From contig NMRA01000704.1 of NCBI GenBank assembly GCA_002633005.1, positions 124,001-188,000 of the forward strand: a DNA stretch of 64,000 nucleotides. Reading direction: 5' to 3'. The stretch is from Phoronis australis. Taxonomy: Eukaryota > Animalia > Phoronida. This document shows positions 27,500 to 41,448 of this stretch, one piece after another. Both the position numbers and the translations under genes were made by a program. Within the stretch, counting starts at the first letter, position 1. Each line of letters opens with the position of its first letter. The notes under the pieces are model-generated. The model had not been told where the DNA came from, did no database searches, and saw only the letters and a list, made by a program, of their open reading frames with translations.

Positions 27500-28262
27500 A
27501 GCCTTGGTACAAAGCTGTATACTAAATATACAGCTTTGGGCCGATATCGTTAAAAATGGCGAAATAAAGTCTGACTCAAAATTAGGGTTATTAAAACTAC
27601 TATCTTAGTGTCATTGAAACTACTCTCTTTCTTGATTGAGTAAACTAACTTATTTACGGGAGTTAAAAAATTATTGTTCTGTCATTAATCCTCTTCTGAT
27701 AAAATTGTGATGCGTTCTTTTGGATCGGCGTTTGGCGATTGTGTCACCTGACGATGATCAGTTTCGTTCCCACTCGATTCTTTTATCAGAACTGTTCTTC
27801 GCTGCCGGCACGAGGTTGCGAACATGTCACAACAAATTATGGGAACTTTTTTCATTTCTTTTCATTTTTTTAGTATTTTAATACAAAACAAATTTTGCTG
27901 TTGCGAAGCTGTCATCATCTCTCGAGAGATGTTGCAAATATTTAGGAAATGGCTCCTGCGCCGTGTCACGAGCGTGCTGTTTTTGAAAACGGACGACGGG
28001 CTTTTCTTTGTTACAAAAGGCGGATAATTATGCTGGAAAATGACATGTATTGGATTGTTTTCCACTTAAACGGCTGCAACAAACAAGGTGAGTGTCGGTT
28101 GACTCCCAGATTTTGCATGCCGGTCGTTAGTTCTACGTGTTGATATAAGTTTTACAACGAGGTGACGAGCATAACTACCTGGTTAGTCCCGGGCTGTGTG
28201 GAATTTCGGGGTTTAACGGAGCTCAACACACAGTGTATTTTGACGATTGTCTTCATTCAGCT
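27500..28262 (+). mobile_element. Repeat family A, copy 2
   Basis: Colinear with 9783-10620. Confidence 0.75.
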
Positions 28263-28981
28263 ATAGTCAGTAACTAACCAACCCTTAAATAGTTTACAGA
28301 GCTGAGTATTGTCTGGCTAGAATCCACACTGCCCACAGTAACACCGGTGTCAGTTGTTGATTCGGGCTGGTTGCACCGGCATATTTTCGTCTGGCGACTA
28401 GGTATCACTTTGAGTGGCCTCGGTTCAAACAGATAGCTCTAGTGACCCGACATTTCATAATAAAAATTCTTATTCCGACAATTTGGAGAACATCACTTGA
28501 CTGCACGCTAAAATAGGCAACTGAGTTTGCCCCGTCAAAGACGTCACGAGAAGCAGGCGCGCTCTAAGCTGGTGATTATGGAATTATTTGAACCATTTTT
28601 AGTTTCGTTAGGAAATATAAGTTTACTTCTTGCTCTTGAATTATTAGTGTAATTAACCAACATCTCATAGAATTGGCTGTTGCTTGATGTCGTCGTTGTT
28701 TTGTTTACATCAAAGGTTTAAGGTCACATTTGTGCAACGTCTCTGTCTTGCCATGCCAAATCAGGAGACGCAGTTTGCCTTGTGGGCGAAAAATTGGCGA
28801 AGTAACGAGTACTTGACTAATCGTTATTTTTTTGAAATTGGAAACTAAAATAAAAATGCCTTGACATCAACAAAATTTTACGAACAAAGTGTAAAAATAC
28901 CTAATGAACAAGTTGAATTCTGTTTCAGTGTCAGAAAACACTTCAAATAATGCAATTTTATCTATTTCAAGGTACCTAAAC

Positions 28982-29164
28982 TACACGGTCAACGGACTCA
29001 AAAACACGGGAACGGACGCATGAACACGACTCACGGACCGGCAAACACCGTCCACTGACTCACAAACACGGGAACGGACTCACAAAACACGATCCACGCA
29101 CCCAAATACACGGGACACGGACTCATATTCACGAGGAAACACGGTTAACGGACCGCCAAACACG
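28982..29164. repeat. ~20-21-bp minisatellite (aaacacgggaacggactcac-like) running into an assembly gap
   Basis: About 9 degenerate units, then an N run at 29165-29452. Confidence 0.8.
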
Positions 29165-29763
29165 NNNNNNNNNNNNNNNNNNNNNNNNNNNNNNNNNNNN
29201 NNNNNNNNNNNNNNNNNNNNNNNNNNNNNNNNNNNNNNNNNNNNNNNNNNNNNNNNNNNNNNNNNNNNNNNNNNNNNNNNNNNNNNNNNNNNNNNNNNNN
29301 NNNNNNNNNNNNNNNNNNNNNNNNNNNNNNNNNNNNNNNNNNNNNNNNNNNNNNNNNNNNNNNNNNNNNNNNNNNNNNNNNNNNNNNNNNNNNNNNNNNN
29401 NNNNNNNNNNNNNNNNNNNNNNNNNNNNNNNNNNNNNNNNNNNNNNNNNNNNAAACGGAATGATGATGTTGATAAATCTAACGCTTTTGAGATTTCATTT
29501 TGTACATTTATATAAACCAAACATTGTCATGGTAATGACGCCGTTGTTTTGCTATGGGTGTTCCTTCCTTTTTACTAAATTTTACTAAAAAGACAAGTAA
29601 CAGCAGATTGGTATGAGCCAAAAATAATAAAATGCTGGCTTACTACTCAGAAAATATATATGTCTACTGAGTTAAAATCTACAAATTCTAGGTAGTGACA
29701 AGTCGATCGGGTCTTAAATAAATAAGTTTGAGTTTGGGATGCTGAGCCATAAACATCTCAATA

Positions 29764-32167
29764 CATAGACCGGGCGCGCGCCACTCAGATACATGCAGCT
29801 CGCGTTGTCAATATGACGCCATAGTGGAGAGTGCTACACAGGACAAAAATGGCGGAAAACACAGGGAGTCCTACGGCATCAGTCAGAAAATCGGCGGGCT
29901 CGCACTGTTGTGCTTGCAGCCAAAGAGTTAAGATTTTTGGTCCTGCCATTGAGTCATGGGTTTTCTTGGTTCGGCCATGGAGTATATTGGTGCTGCAACA
30001 AGGTTTTTTGTATTCCGCCACCATAATTTAAGTGGAGCGAGTATATGCGTTATTTCCACACTAGTCTTGGTGATTGAAACCTTAAAAGATCAATTACAAA
30101 GATAATTAATGACCAGCATATGCTTATTATCCAATTATGATGCTGTTTGCAAATTATATTTAAGTAAATATTTAGTATTATTGATAATCATACTTGTACT
30201 GAAAAATAACATCCCCGAACTTACTCGCCAACCGCGGCATCGAAATTAGTACATCTAAGTGACTAGTGTATTCTCTATTGAAATATATACTGCTTTAAAA
30301 ACTCATTTCTTAATATGTATTCCAAAATCAGATATTTTCTGTTCTATCAAAACAAACAAGAAGTTGATATTGTAAATTTTGTATATTTGCACTGCTTGCT
30401 AACGAACTCTCTGATTTGTGACGAAACATGTGCAAAAAAGTAATGTGCATAATAACCAAAATATCAAAGCTGTACGACTGAATTGCGCATCCAACCTTTA
30501 CGCAAAATACAGAATTTCCCACTCGAAACCGAATGGAAATATACCCAACCTAGCCGGTGTAGCCGCATTAATTATGACTCCTTGAAAAATGACCCTGGTT
30601 AGTTTTTTCACAGGGTCTAAATTTAATGTGAAGAATATTCAGCCCATGAAAAATGACCCCACGTCCGTCAAAACCTGTCCCGTCATTATTCAACGATTCT
30701 CCGTAACAGGGGATTGGGATAAGCAAACAGCGTGCGTGAGAGAAGAATTTATTTTAAATTTCTGGACCTCAGGGTCGCGCAGTACGCATATTAGATTAAG
30801 AGCGCGGATGGATAGGAATAGTCCGAAATAATGTTTGCCGGAGCGGGGCTGATCTCTTTGTGAGCACACGTTGTGGGGATACTACAAAACGCCAATAAGT
30901 GCCTGGTGCTTGATCGGGGGGACTTCAGATCCATCATGAGAGAGGAATATCGAGCGTGAGAGAAAAAATATTTGTTTGTTGGCAATTCCGAGCGATGCAC
31001 AGGAAAGGAATTGAGTCTGTGTTCTTCGTTTTCTATGTTACGACGTTCTCCCGCTGAGTCTAACTTGTTAAGTTGTATATCACAACAAGTTGGGCGGATA
31101 ACCGCTGTAGCCAATATCTTATACTGACGACCAATTAAGTCCATTCTGGCAATGAGGGTTGGAGGGTCTCGGTCAGCTCTCTTTTGTTCGATAATTGCTC
31201 TAATCTCCGATAAGATCGTATCTTATATCCTCACTGGGCTGTGCTGTTAAAATAAGTTAAGTTATAAAATGTTTGAACATAAACCAATGACATTTCTGAA
31301 TTGCCCATCCAATTCTGATCTAGCTTATAGTTTTTGAATCACCAAAATCGCCTAAATACAATCGAAGTTAAAACAATCTATTCTGTCCGAACGTATCAAC
31401 GTACTGGGTTTGACTGTGTTCACATGTGATCGGTTATAAGCCTGGTAGATAATTTATCTGCATGTTGTCGTACCAGACAAATGACAGTTAACAAAGGAGC
31501 TAAATGTTATCACACGCTCATAACCGCTGTACTGAACGAAAAAACGCCCTAATGAACTTTTTAAAAATGTTATTTAGTTACATGACATAAATGAAGTCAT
31601 TTTCACTGTAGTTCACATTAAATTTAGACCCCATTAAAAGCGACCGGGGTCATATATTAATTTTATAAAGTTACCCGGGGTCATTGTTCAAAACTCTGTG
31701 AAAAGGCTTACTTGGGGGCACAACGAAGGTACGTCCCGAGTGAGCGGCAATTCTCCTGGATATAATGTTTTTGCATCGAGTGATACGAATTAAATGATAA
31801 AGTTACGCGATCTCAGTGGTTTCTCTTGAAAAGAACGAAAAAATAAAATGCTCGCGGTGGATTGACAGGCGTGCAGCCGCTCAGGCCACTCGAAAATCTG
31901 CCACTGGTTGCGATCTTCTAATAGTTTGATATTTTCCCTATCGACTGATTAAATCTTAAAAAAATGCCTGTAAGTGCTACATCACATGTTTTTGGATGTT
32001 TCTGGAAAAAATCACTTTCATCGGCCTCTATTATTAGATATCGCGCTTTGAAAAGGACAATTTGCCCCGTTTGTTTACACAGCAATTAGCCGTGTCACGT
32101 GACTAGTAGCACTCTCCAATATGGCGTCAAGTTGTCAGCGGCAGGAGCGCGTGCGCGCGGTCTATGT
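29764..32167. mobile_element. Non-autonomous TIR element with CATAGAC termini (possibly P-element-like), containing a nested inverted-repeat element at ~30540-31720
   Basis: catagaccgggcgcgcg...gacgccatagtggagagtgctac is inverted as gtagcactctccaatatggcgtc...gcgcgcggtctatg. Inner pair: gggtctaaatttaatgtgaa / ttcacattaaatttagaccc. Confidence 0.65.
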
Positions 32168-33642
32168 GATGTCTATGTGTTGAACGTTCTCTAGCACGTG
32201 CAAGTCAAGGCATCGATGAGCGGAAAAGGAAGCACTTTGCTTGCCACTTACATGGAAATCGCTTGGCAGTCTTGTCGACTCCACTTTACTATTTACCGAT
32301 GGCTTACATATTTAATTATCTCAAACCTCGTGTTGTGCAAACTAAGTGATTGAACTCGGGTTAATGCGCGATGAGTCAAAACGGTTATTGATGGATACGG
32401 AAGATATCAAATTATTCATCAGCGTCTTGCTGTGTAATGGTTAAACCCTTCTATGCGTTTCCAGTTGCACGTGCGCTGTTGAAGAGGGAGACAGTATAAG
32501 TTATTAATTTTAACGATTTGCTATAAAAGGAAGTGCTTTTTAATGGAATTTGATTAATGATAACACGTATCTACGAGAATTAGATACACAAGTTTTTATA
32601 ATTTGATTAATTTGGAAGAGGCGATATTTGATTAAACATTTCAATACTTTGATTTGCCGCAGATGTAATGGGTTGACTAAAATTCCGTTTTAGTTTCACG
32701 GTATTACTGACTGGAGACAGAATTGGTAAATTTCTTTTGAAATGGACACTTCGACAACATAAGTTTTTTTCAGAATTTATTTCGCGGCAGCGCAGAATCA
32801 AACCAAATAAGTGCGGAGTGCCGTACGTTTTGCCGCTAAGTCGAGTACCACGCGTTTATTAGCATAGTCTTTATAATATTTCAGGCGTATTTAAATGTTA
32901 AAACCACCGGCTTTGATTTCAATGAGGGTCTGGCAGACTAGGACTAGGACTGGTGATATGTAATAGAATCACAAAAACATAACCGGTTTTATTGTAGCTC
33001 ATATCTCGGTCTTAGCTATAACTTCAATTGGCGGTGATGAGATGCTGATCAAAGCTGGCGAAACAAATTAAGTGCTCTTAGTCTGAGCTAATGTGAGAAA
33101 AGAGGCGAAGAATCGTGCATTTTGGGGGGAACTGCGTTTTTGGACATGAAGCCGAAACTCTAAAATTACGTGTCGGCCAAAGTAGACTTTCGAGTAATAC
33201 TGAAGGTCACGTGATTCAACAGCCGAGCTTCGCCGGTTTTTGCGAAAAAAAAGCAAAAGAAAAAACGAGTTCACATATGCAAGATATATTTGATGAAAAA
33301 ATCCCGAACAAATGCTGGAATATTGTCGTCCATAAATTCGAGTAAACAACATGTTTACCTTTGCGCTCGTTGTTCTTTCTTTGATCATGTCACCATAAAA
33401 ATCAAATCACGCCTAGTACAGATCTGAAGTATTCGAAATTACTTTAAACTGGTTTTAACTGCAAAGGTCTAAGTTTATTAATATCTATTTTCTGCCATGT
33501 CCGTTTGGCAAATGTCTTTTGCAACACCCAGTACCCTCCGGACATAAATTGCGGTGTACATGCTTGAAGGTTCTAGTAGCTGAACTGTAAATATTTTGCC
33601 TTACGCTGTTTTAAACGGACCTGCTACCAAAAAAATTACATC

Positions 33643-33918
33643 ATGCTAACTTGTTCTCGTCATCCTCTGCTTTGCGTATTTCTGCTGGGCCTTTTCTCAA
33701 AAACAAATTCTATCAATATTACGTTCACGAAAACGAGTAACTTGTGCTGCTTGACGGAGGTAGCGTATATTGACATTAAAGATGTTGAACTGTCGAAGTG
33801 TGCCATCTTGTGCGACAGTCGGCCAGACTGTGTCACGCTAACTTACGACTCGTTGGAAATGGTCTGTCACACCGTTGACGTCAAGAATTGTGTTAAAGAT
33901 CTAGCACTATGGATTCAG
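33643..33918 (+). CDS. Secreted PAN/Apple + LamG-like protein, exon 1 (signal peptide + PAN domain)
   Basis: Hydrophobic N-terminus LLCVFLLGLFS and PAN pattern CAILCDSRPDCVTLTYD...C. Donor CAG|GTAAGC, phase 0. Confidence 0.85.
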
Positions 33919-34701
33919 GTAAGCATTGGGTTTTGCAAAGGATCGGGGGTATTCTAAGCGGTATAAGCTTAGAAGAGTGCCCTTCTCGCGGCTAAAAAGA
34001 ATGGCCTTTCCAGCAACGTTCCCAACTAAAGGTACATACACTGTGGGAGTTCGGAAATCTACAAAAGTCTCATTTGCACGCAAATCTACAAAAGAATTTC
34101 CAATGTTTAGTTTTTTATTTTACAAATAACTTGTTCTTATTTTGACAATTTCTCTTTGTACAACATTCTGTCCTGCACTTAAAATGACTATGAACCCACC
34201 TGCCACCAAGGAAAAAGCTTTGAAGTTAGTCCTCTAACCGTTATACAATTGGTCTCAAAACAGGCCTTAGTCAAACCGCTGGTGATTTCAGGGTTTCAAA
34301 GAAGTGGCAATTCGTTACTGCTTGAGACAAGGCTCATAATATGGCCCAAGCATGGTCTAAACAAGTAACTACCTGTCAGTTCCTTATAAAGAAATCAACT
34401 TTCATCTGAGTAAAAAGAAAATTGAGACTTCTTCAATAGTGATGAGTAGTCTACATCAAACGTTCGGTTCTTGAACGAAACACGAGGTTTTAGCCGCTTT
34501 ATGGATAAAGTTCAGCCGTACAATCGGTAGCCGCCCACCTAGCTGCATGAAGACCATCGTCAAAATACACTGGGTACCACTGTGTGTTGAGCTTCGACAG
34601 ATCTCGAAATTGCACACAGCCCGGGTAGTTCTGCTTGTCACCTCGCCATGGAGCCTGTATCAACAAGTAGAGCTAAAGACCGGCGGGGTGCATGCAAAAT
34701 C

Positions 34702-36578
34702 TAAAGAATCCTACACGAGTCTCAGGTTTATGACATGGTCAAAACCTCTTGGAAATTTCCTCAAAATCCCGAGGCTTTCCGAGGGATTTTGACGAAATTT
34801 CCAAGAGTTGCCCAAGTCATCAATCTGAGTCGAGTGTAGGATTTACTTTCTCACTTGAACCGTAAAAACGATCTTTGTCGAAAAAAATCGACGTGTCTAA
34901 AACGTTCACCCAGATGACGCAACTTTTGCAAAAACATGCTTGCGCAATGAACAGCAATTCAGTTACTTTTTGTTAATAGCTATATTTTAAGCTTAACAAT
35001 TGTAAATTGCATTCAGCTTTCTTAGTAAATATTCAAGTTAGAATCTAATACATAGTCTAAACTTAAAAATGCTTATAAATAACTGTCAGCAAGATTTCCC
35101 CGCGCGTGAGCACCGGATTGACCTTGAGACAGCACAGCTAGACGGTCTCTCCGCGTTTCTTGGGTTGGGGCTCGTCTCCGTTCGTGGTTATGGGATTCGC
35201 CGCCGAATATGGGTCCGTTTAAGAGGTTGTTTGCATGTCCTTCCGACTGGGAGTACAGTTGCGACACCCCATTTATCAATCATATCCTTGTCACCTTTTC
35301 GGAATTCCGGCATTGTTTGGTTGGCGCGCGTTTGGTTGTTTTAGTGTTTTGCAGACTATAAAATGTAAGGTATATGGATTTCGTCTTTGCACTACTTTGT
35401 GATTCGACCACGTAATATATAGGCCTACACAAAACGTATCGAGAGTGGCGTACATGAAATAATATCCCACGATACGTGGAATAATGTCGAGTGAGACATA
35501 AACATGTACGCCACTCGAGGCACGTTTTGTATTTATCCCATACGCATCGAATTCGTGAGTTTCTTTTGTTTTCTTTCGAAATTTTAGGAATACTTCTCCT
35601 AACTGGTTACGTGGCGAATCACAACTTGTTGTGTATGTACGTGCGCGTTATAGTGCTAACTTACTATAGTAAAAGAAAACAGTTTTAAATGTAACGGTTT
35701 ATTACTTGAAATTGATAAAAAGTTTGAAAACGACAGTCACTGTGCATTGAACTTGTATCATATTCCGAAAATAAATAAATAAGAAGAATATTTATAACAT
35801 TTTAAAATTCCCATCGGGTAGCTGCACTCAGTCATGAAACTAGGTCATTGACCGAAGCGCGTAGCCTACACGTCGTCTGTTTTCACGAAGATGGTAACAG
35901 TGCCACCATTGACGGCAGCTCCTGCGAGTATGGCTGTTGTAGCGTTGTTGCAGGTACGTTGTCGCATTTCTACGGATTCTGTGGACTTGGTACAAAGCTG
36001 TATACTAAATACACGACAGCTGTTCATACAGCTAGCTGGCTGGCCACGGTCGGATTCTGTAGCATGGGTAGGTTCACATGTAGCTGGGACGGTCGTCGTT
36101 GCTGCTCGTGTAATACTGTCGCCGATAGTATCGGGTGCTGTCATGGCCAGTGACAACAGTGTTTGATATCGGCGAAGAATCGGTGCCTGAGTTGCAGACG
36201 GTATAATACATAGAAATTGAAAACTGTGACAGAACTGTCATACAATTAACAGTCCTGTTCCAGATGTTACGATTGATACCTGGTTGCATGTTGAGTGGTA
36301 TTTATACTGCTACAATTGTATTACTTTAAGCTATTTTCCGAAAGTTTGATGATCTAACCGGCTAACGACGTCGAGTCGACATTGACCTACCTTTTGAACC
36401 TTCAATGTCAGAGGTCACTGTTGAAGTAGTGCGGGATGTGAATACGGAATACATTATTACATACATTATTACATGGCCGTATTTCCCTCGACAGATTCAA
36501 CGCGTATGGGAAAAAAGTTTACGTACTCGGTGTTATTAGCCAGTCGTGTCGTAACACATTCCAGGTCATGTGAGAAAA
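34702..36578 (+). mobile_element. Hairpin-ended non-coding element family B (interrupted by family C)
   Basis: Hairpin with ~60-70-bp arms at 34706-34843. Reverse copy without the insertion at 59520-60146. Confidence 0.75.
35426..36516 (+). mobile_element. Hairpin-ended non-coding element family C, copy 1
   Basis: 5' hairpin gagtggcgtacatg...catgtacgccactc and 3' end gcgtatggga. Second copy at 56660-57358. Confidence 0.75.
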
Positions 36579-37914
36579 GCATGTCGGGACGTTTTGAAAA
36601 CAGTACGCTCGTGATACGCGCAGTCATGTCCCAATTTTTGCGACATCTCTCGGGAGATGATGACAGCTTCCCAGCAGCAAATCTGTTCCGAAATTCGGTT
36701 TGCTGGTATCAAAATTCTAAAAACTTATAATGAAGTGAAACCAGTTCTAATAATTTGTTTTGACGTGTACGCAACCTCGTGAAAGAACAACAGTTGATTG
36801 AAGAGTCGAGGAGAAAAAGAAACTGGCCAAAAAGTGACGCAATATTCCATGGCGTGGAAAGCCTACGCAAAAAATCGCACCACAACTTTAGCTACAGATT
36901 AAAGGTAGAACGCGAATTTTTCCAACACCGGCAAATAATAATTTACTCAAGGAAGAGTGTACTTTTTAATGACACTAATTTTGTGTCATTTTATTTGGTC
37001 AGTTTTTTACCAACAGCGGCGCAAAGCTGTGTATTCAGTACACAGCTTTTCGCCTAGGCTTTGTTTTTGGTGCAAAACTCTAAGAAAGGGTAACCATGGA
37101 AGCCTGGTACAGATGAATAAAATAGATGCTGGAATGCCGTGTAGTAAACAACGGATAGTAAAAGTAAGACGGCGAGTGTCGGTACTAAAATATATTAGAA
37201 TAGTCCTCACGTTTCCAGCTATACGCTCGTTATCAAGGGCATGACACTCGCTGGTTCCCTGCGTGCCGCTAGGTGGTCAGTAGCCAGCACGCACGTATCA
37301 CTTACTCGCTGGTGCCCTAGGTACCTAGCCAGCACACAGGTATCACGCAGTGGCACGCGCTTTAGCATTGGTTGTTGTGCACAGGATTGTCTGCCTATGG
37401 CCGTTAATTTTCATGCCCAAATTGTCTCCCCAAAATACCAAGCGTGAGGAGATTTGACACACCTAATGAGACATACAATACCCGCACTCGAGCACGAGAT
37501 CTTGTCCATCATTCGACACGAGACGACGTCACGACTAATGACAGATTCCCCTGATATACAAGGGCAACTCAGGCACCTGGGTTTTTCACATCTCACCTAG
37601 CACACCTGCTGGTGATCTACGTTTGTATGTTAGTGAATCTGCTTCTACCTAGAATATTCTTCAGATTGGAAGGCTGTCTGTAGACCAGACGTGGCGATAC
37701 CGGGGAAAACCTTGGTCAAATACTCGTCGTCTAACCCTTCCTCTCATCATGCGTACTCCACTGTTAGTTGTCGTGGCCGATATTGTTCCTACTGTCTATC
37801 GTGTATCACCATGCGGTCGCCTGCCCACAGTCTCAAAAAAGTGATACATGTCTGTAATGGTGAAAATGTTAGTATGGAAAGCAATGGTGAACATGTTAGT
37901 ATGGAAAGCAAGCG

Positions 37915-38645
37915 TTTAAAATGGGAAACGATGAAAATGAAAATAGGAGAATTTACCATAGGGTTTTCAAAAAGAAAATCGAAAATGAACAACACTTTAG
38001 AGAATAGCTTAGTAAATCAAATTAATTTCCTAACTGGTGAATTAGCTACAGGCAAGGTAGATAAGAAAGACTGTTTAGGACTTAGAAATGGTTACGTCAA
38101 AGCTGACATTGCTGCAGTCTCATAAAATACAGGGTCACATAATACGAGCAAGGTTCAGATAGGGGTAATACAATTCCATTTTTGGTAGTCAAGAAAAGAA
38201 TGTGTTGGTATTATTAAAAATGAAAATGATAAAATCATCAAGAATAGTTCAGAAATTAAAGCAGAACTGGTTGTTTATATCTTTATTTTTTATGCTACTG
38301 GTCACTGACTTGATCCGGATATTACTCCTACAAATCTCCGAACTTTCGAATACATTAGAACCTTATAATGCAGATTTATTAGACAAACCGTTGTCTGACG
38401 AAGAATTTGTTGAAGTATTAAATAACTCTAAGAATAATAAATCTCCATGAAATGTTCAGTTATGAATTCTTCAAGCGTTTTTGGCAGAAAGACACAAGGA
38501 ACGCCTTTTAGTATGTTTTAAAGTTGGCAATCTATGACCACCACAAAAGCAAGGAGTGATTACCCTCCAAAGATGAGGCTGAAATGTTGTCGTTAAATAA
38601 TTGGAGACCCATATCGTTATTTAATGTTGATTACAAATTAAAGAT
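37915..38645 (+). pseudogene. L1/Tx1-clade LINE ORF2 fragment
   Basis: KWETMKMKIGEFTIGFSKRK...LSDEEFVEVLNNSKNNKSP...EFFKRFW...QGVITL...LNNWRPISLFNVDYK across frameshifts. Confidence 0.8.
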
Positions 38646-39675
38646 TTGCAATGAAATCAAGATGTGTAATGAGATAACATAATACGGCGCAATAAGAGTA
38701 AATAGAAAGTCTGTAACGCAGAGTTACATATACAGCCCATTTTGGCTCATAAACGAAGTAAATAAGAATCTTTAGCGAGCGAAGAAAAGTCTTCTTGTCA
38801 GTGGTGCACAACCTACAGTACGTACTCCATATTCATGAGACATACCTTGGAGCCCAACTTCGCATACTCATGAAATCCAGACAAAATGTATTAGTAACCG
38901 GGCGTCTAATAGCCGAAGTATTATACATTTTTGCATATAAAATTTTGAAAAATACACCAGTACGAAATTTCATAGCGGAGTGGTAGTAAATCTTTGGAGT
39001 AGTAGGCTGTTCCTATTTACAAGCAACTTATGTAACACGCAAAAATATCACCTAAAATTTCGTCGAGTTGTTCTCCGACTAAACATTTCAATCCGAGTAT
39101 GCGATGAGGTATAATCACTGATGTAAAACGCCTTGTTTGAAAGTTTGCCAAAGGTTAACGAGTAGTAATCCAGTGAGGAATTTTTCTTTCTGGACATTCT
39201 GAATTTTGGGCCGGTTTTTTTGCAAGTAACCGCCATGGCATCCCCATTTCTACGATTACGAATTCCGTCTCGTCTCAGAAAAATGGAGCCGAGAATCAAC
39301 GTCGTGTACAGGGATTTCCCTTCGGCCGAGATTTAAGCTGCATAAGGGCGCTATCGAAAATCTTAAGTGCTTAGCCTAACGTTTGGCGGCGAAACATCAT
39401 CAACAGGTCCCCCGCTTTAGAGATTAAAACCATCCCTTGCGCAATGCTGACTACGAGCCTGCGGCATATGTATAGAGAACAAAATTTATCCAAAATCGCG
39501 GCCATAGTTTGTTGGCCTAAAGCGCCTCGTTTCAGTCTGCGGCCGGCTCAACCAGGTCAACCAAAACCACTCAGATGTGTGTGCAGGTGTGCCCAGATGA
39601 ACCATCTTAGTGAATCAAGTGCAGCCTCTGCTAAACATTTCATCCGTTTTAAGTTTTCCATATTTCTATTTACAG

Positions 39676-39703
39676 CGTGAAGACGGAGACCAAGATACTG
39701 AAG
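39676..39703 (+). CDS. PAN + LamG gene, exon 2 (28-nt micro-exon, REDGDQDTE)
   Basis: Acceptor ttctatttacag, donor AAG|GTGTGT. Supplies the phase 0-to-1 change that is needed. Confidence 0.55.
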
Positions 39704-41399
39704 GTGTGTTTGAACATGTGTGTTAAAAGCTTATAGATGTATGTTTAAAGGCACATTTCATCGTTATAACCAAAGGAACATGCAAATGATTAACTAACTT
39801 GTCTACTTTACCACGCAAACAAAGCTCAATGTTCCCCGTACTACGATAAAATGGACTTCCAAGCACATGGCATTTACAAAAAAGTCCAAAAATAACTAAG
39901 TCGAACACGATTGGTGCATTCTTTCAAAACTGCATCACTTTTAATGTGTCATTTACAGATGATATTTTCAAATTGATCCCAGTAGCCAATTAATATCATG
40001 ACAAGGGAATGTTAAAGGCACGTAGCACTCGATTTGATTTCAATTTTTTTACCATTTTTAATCAGTCTGTGTCCATATCACCTCGTGCTCAGTCCACCAC
40101 ACTAGTTCAAGAGATGTCGGCTTCAGCGATGAAGAAAGTGAGGACAAAAATCAATGACCTCAAGTGGTCTTGCGGTATATGTGTGTCGCTATTTCTGATT
40201 TAGGAAGGTTCCTATAAAGAAGAATCAAAGCCGTCTAGCTATTTTTAGTTACTCCTGTAGTGATCTTTTCGTGCTACCAATGACTGCAAATGTGTTCAAA
40301 AAGTCATAAATAACTTTGATTGCCTTCCCGGATTCACAAATGAAGTCGACCGGGTTCGAGGTATCCGTGTTGGTGCCAATGTTAATTATATGGAATTCCC
40401 AACATAGAGCGCATTGATTGCTTGTATAAAACTTTTGCCCAGACGGAATTTATTGAACGGAAACTCGTATCGGGGTATGTTTCCACAACTGGTGTCAGGG
40501 GTAAGTTGGTATTTTTCCAGCTCTAGTCGACTTACTGAGTAAAAACGACCAATCCACCGAAGTATAGTTATCAGCACAAAGCATGATTGCTTCAGTGGTG
40601 TTCGACTTCAAGAACTTCCAGTGCAACTAGCGCCGAGACTGCGTTCACTTACGATCAGTTACTCTCCGGGTCGGGGCCTCCCAACGGTCAGTTTTTGTTT
40701 ACCAAAGGTTACAATTTGTCAAGTCTTCAATACAGTACACGGCAATGATCTTTCCTAAATACACAAAACCGGCTAAAATTGCGGCCTGAGAAATTTGCGG
40801 TCGCGAGAAACGACATCTGACAGTGCTTTTAAAAACTTTCAAATTTTTAGAAAATCAAAAATTATTGAAATAAATTAACTCATTAGTTAAAAAATTTAAT
40901 CGAAGGGGTTTTGCAGGGTTGCTTGGTGTTATTTTGGTGCAAAACGATAATGCCAGGCGATAACTTTTCTTGATTTGTGCTTAAGGGTTAACTACGCGGC
41001 ACACAGCCACAACCGTTTGACGCCACAGGCCAATTTTAATACCTTCGCTTATCGCTTAGTGTCAGGTAAGACTTGAACGTGCTGTTCTCGAATGGAACTA
41101 ATCGAACTGACCTCAGCTGATGGAAAATACGTCTTTTTGGTGACATGCTCCTTAAATACCAATAGGTTGAACTACTATTGGCGAAGCCAGAAGCAGTTAA
41201 GCAGGTGTCTTAAAAAGGATACTAAACTTTATTTTAGGGATTTCGGTCAATCTTTATTCTGTCACCGGCTAATGCACCATCCGTGTTTTGATGAAAATCG
41301 TAAAAAAGCACTTGCTCACTGTTAACATTAAATGAATTGTGTGGGTTATGGGCGTCTGAAAACACATTGACCTCAATCAAAGTACGTTGTTTATTGCAG

Positions 41400-41448
41400 T
41401 TGTGAAGTATAGTCACTGGAACCAAGGACGTATGACGTTGGTTTACAG
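41400..41448 (+). CDS. PAN + LamG gene, exon 3 (VKYSHWNQGRMTLVYS)
   Basis: Acceptor tttattgcag, donor CAG|GTAAAC, phase 1-to-2. Confidence 0.6.

Larger units (their letters stand above)
34520..37060 (-). mobile_element. Repeat family A copy 3, split by nested insertions
   Basis: 36580-37060 and 34520-34701 are reverse matches to successive parts of 9783-10620. Confidence 0.7.

Noticed and set aside
28982-29164. Regularly spaced short repeats suggesting a CRISPR array
   Set aside because: Units are contiguous and degenerate with no unique spacers. There are no cas genes, the context is eukaryotic, and it reads as a minisatellite at a gap.
37856-37911. 27-bp tandem duplication inside the 37691-38125 ORF
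   Set aside because: A local duplication at the edge of a decayed LINE fragment, with no sign of function.
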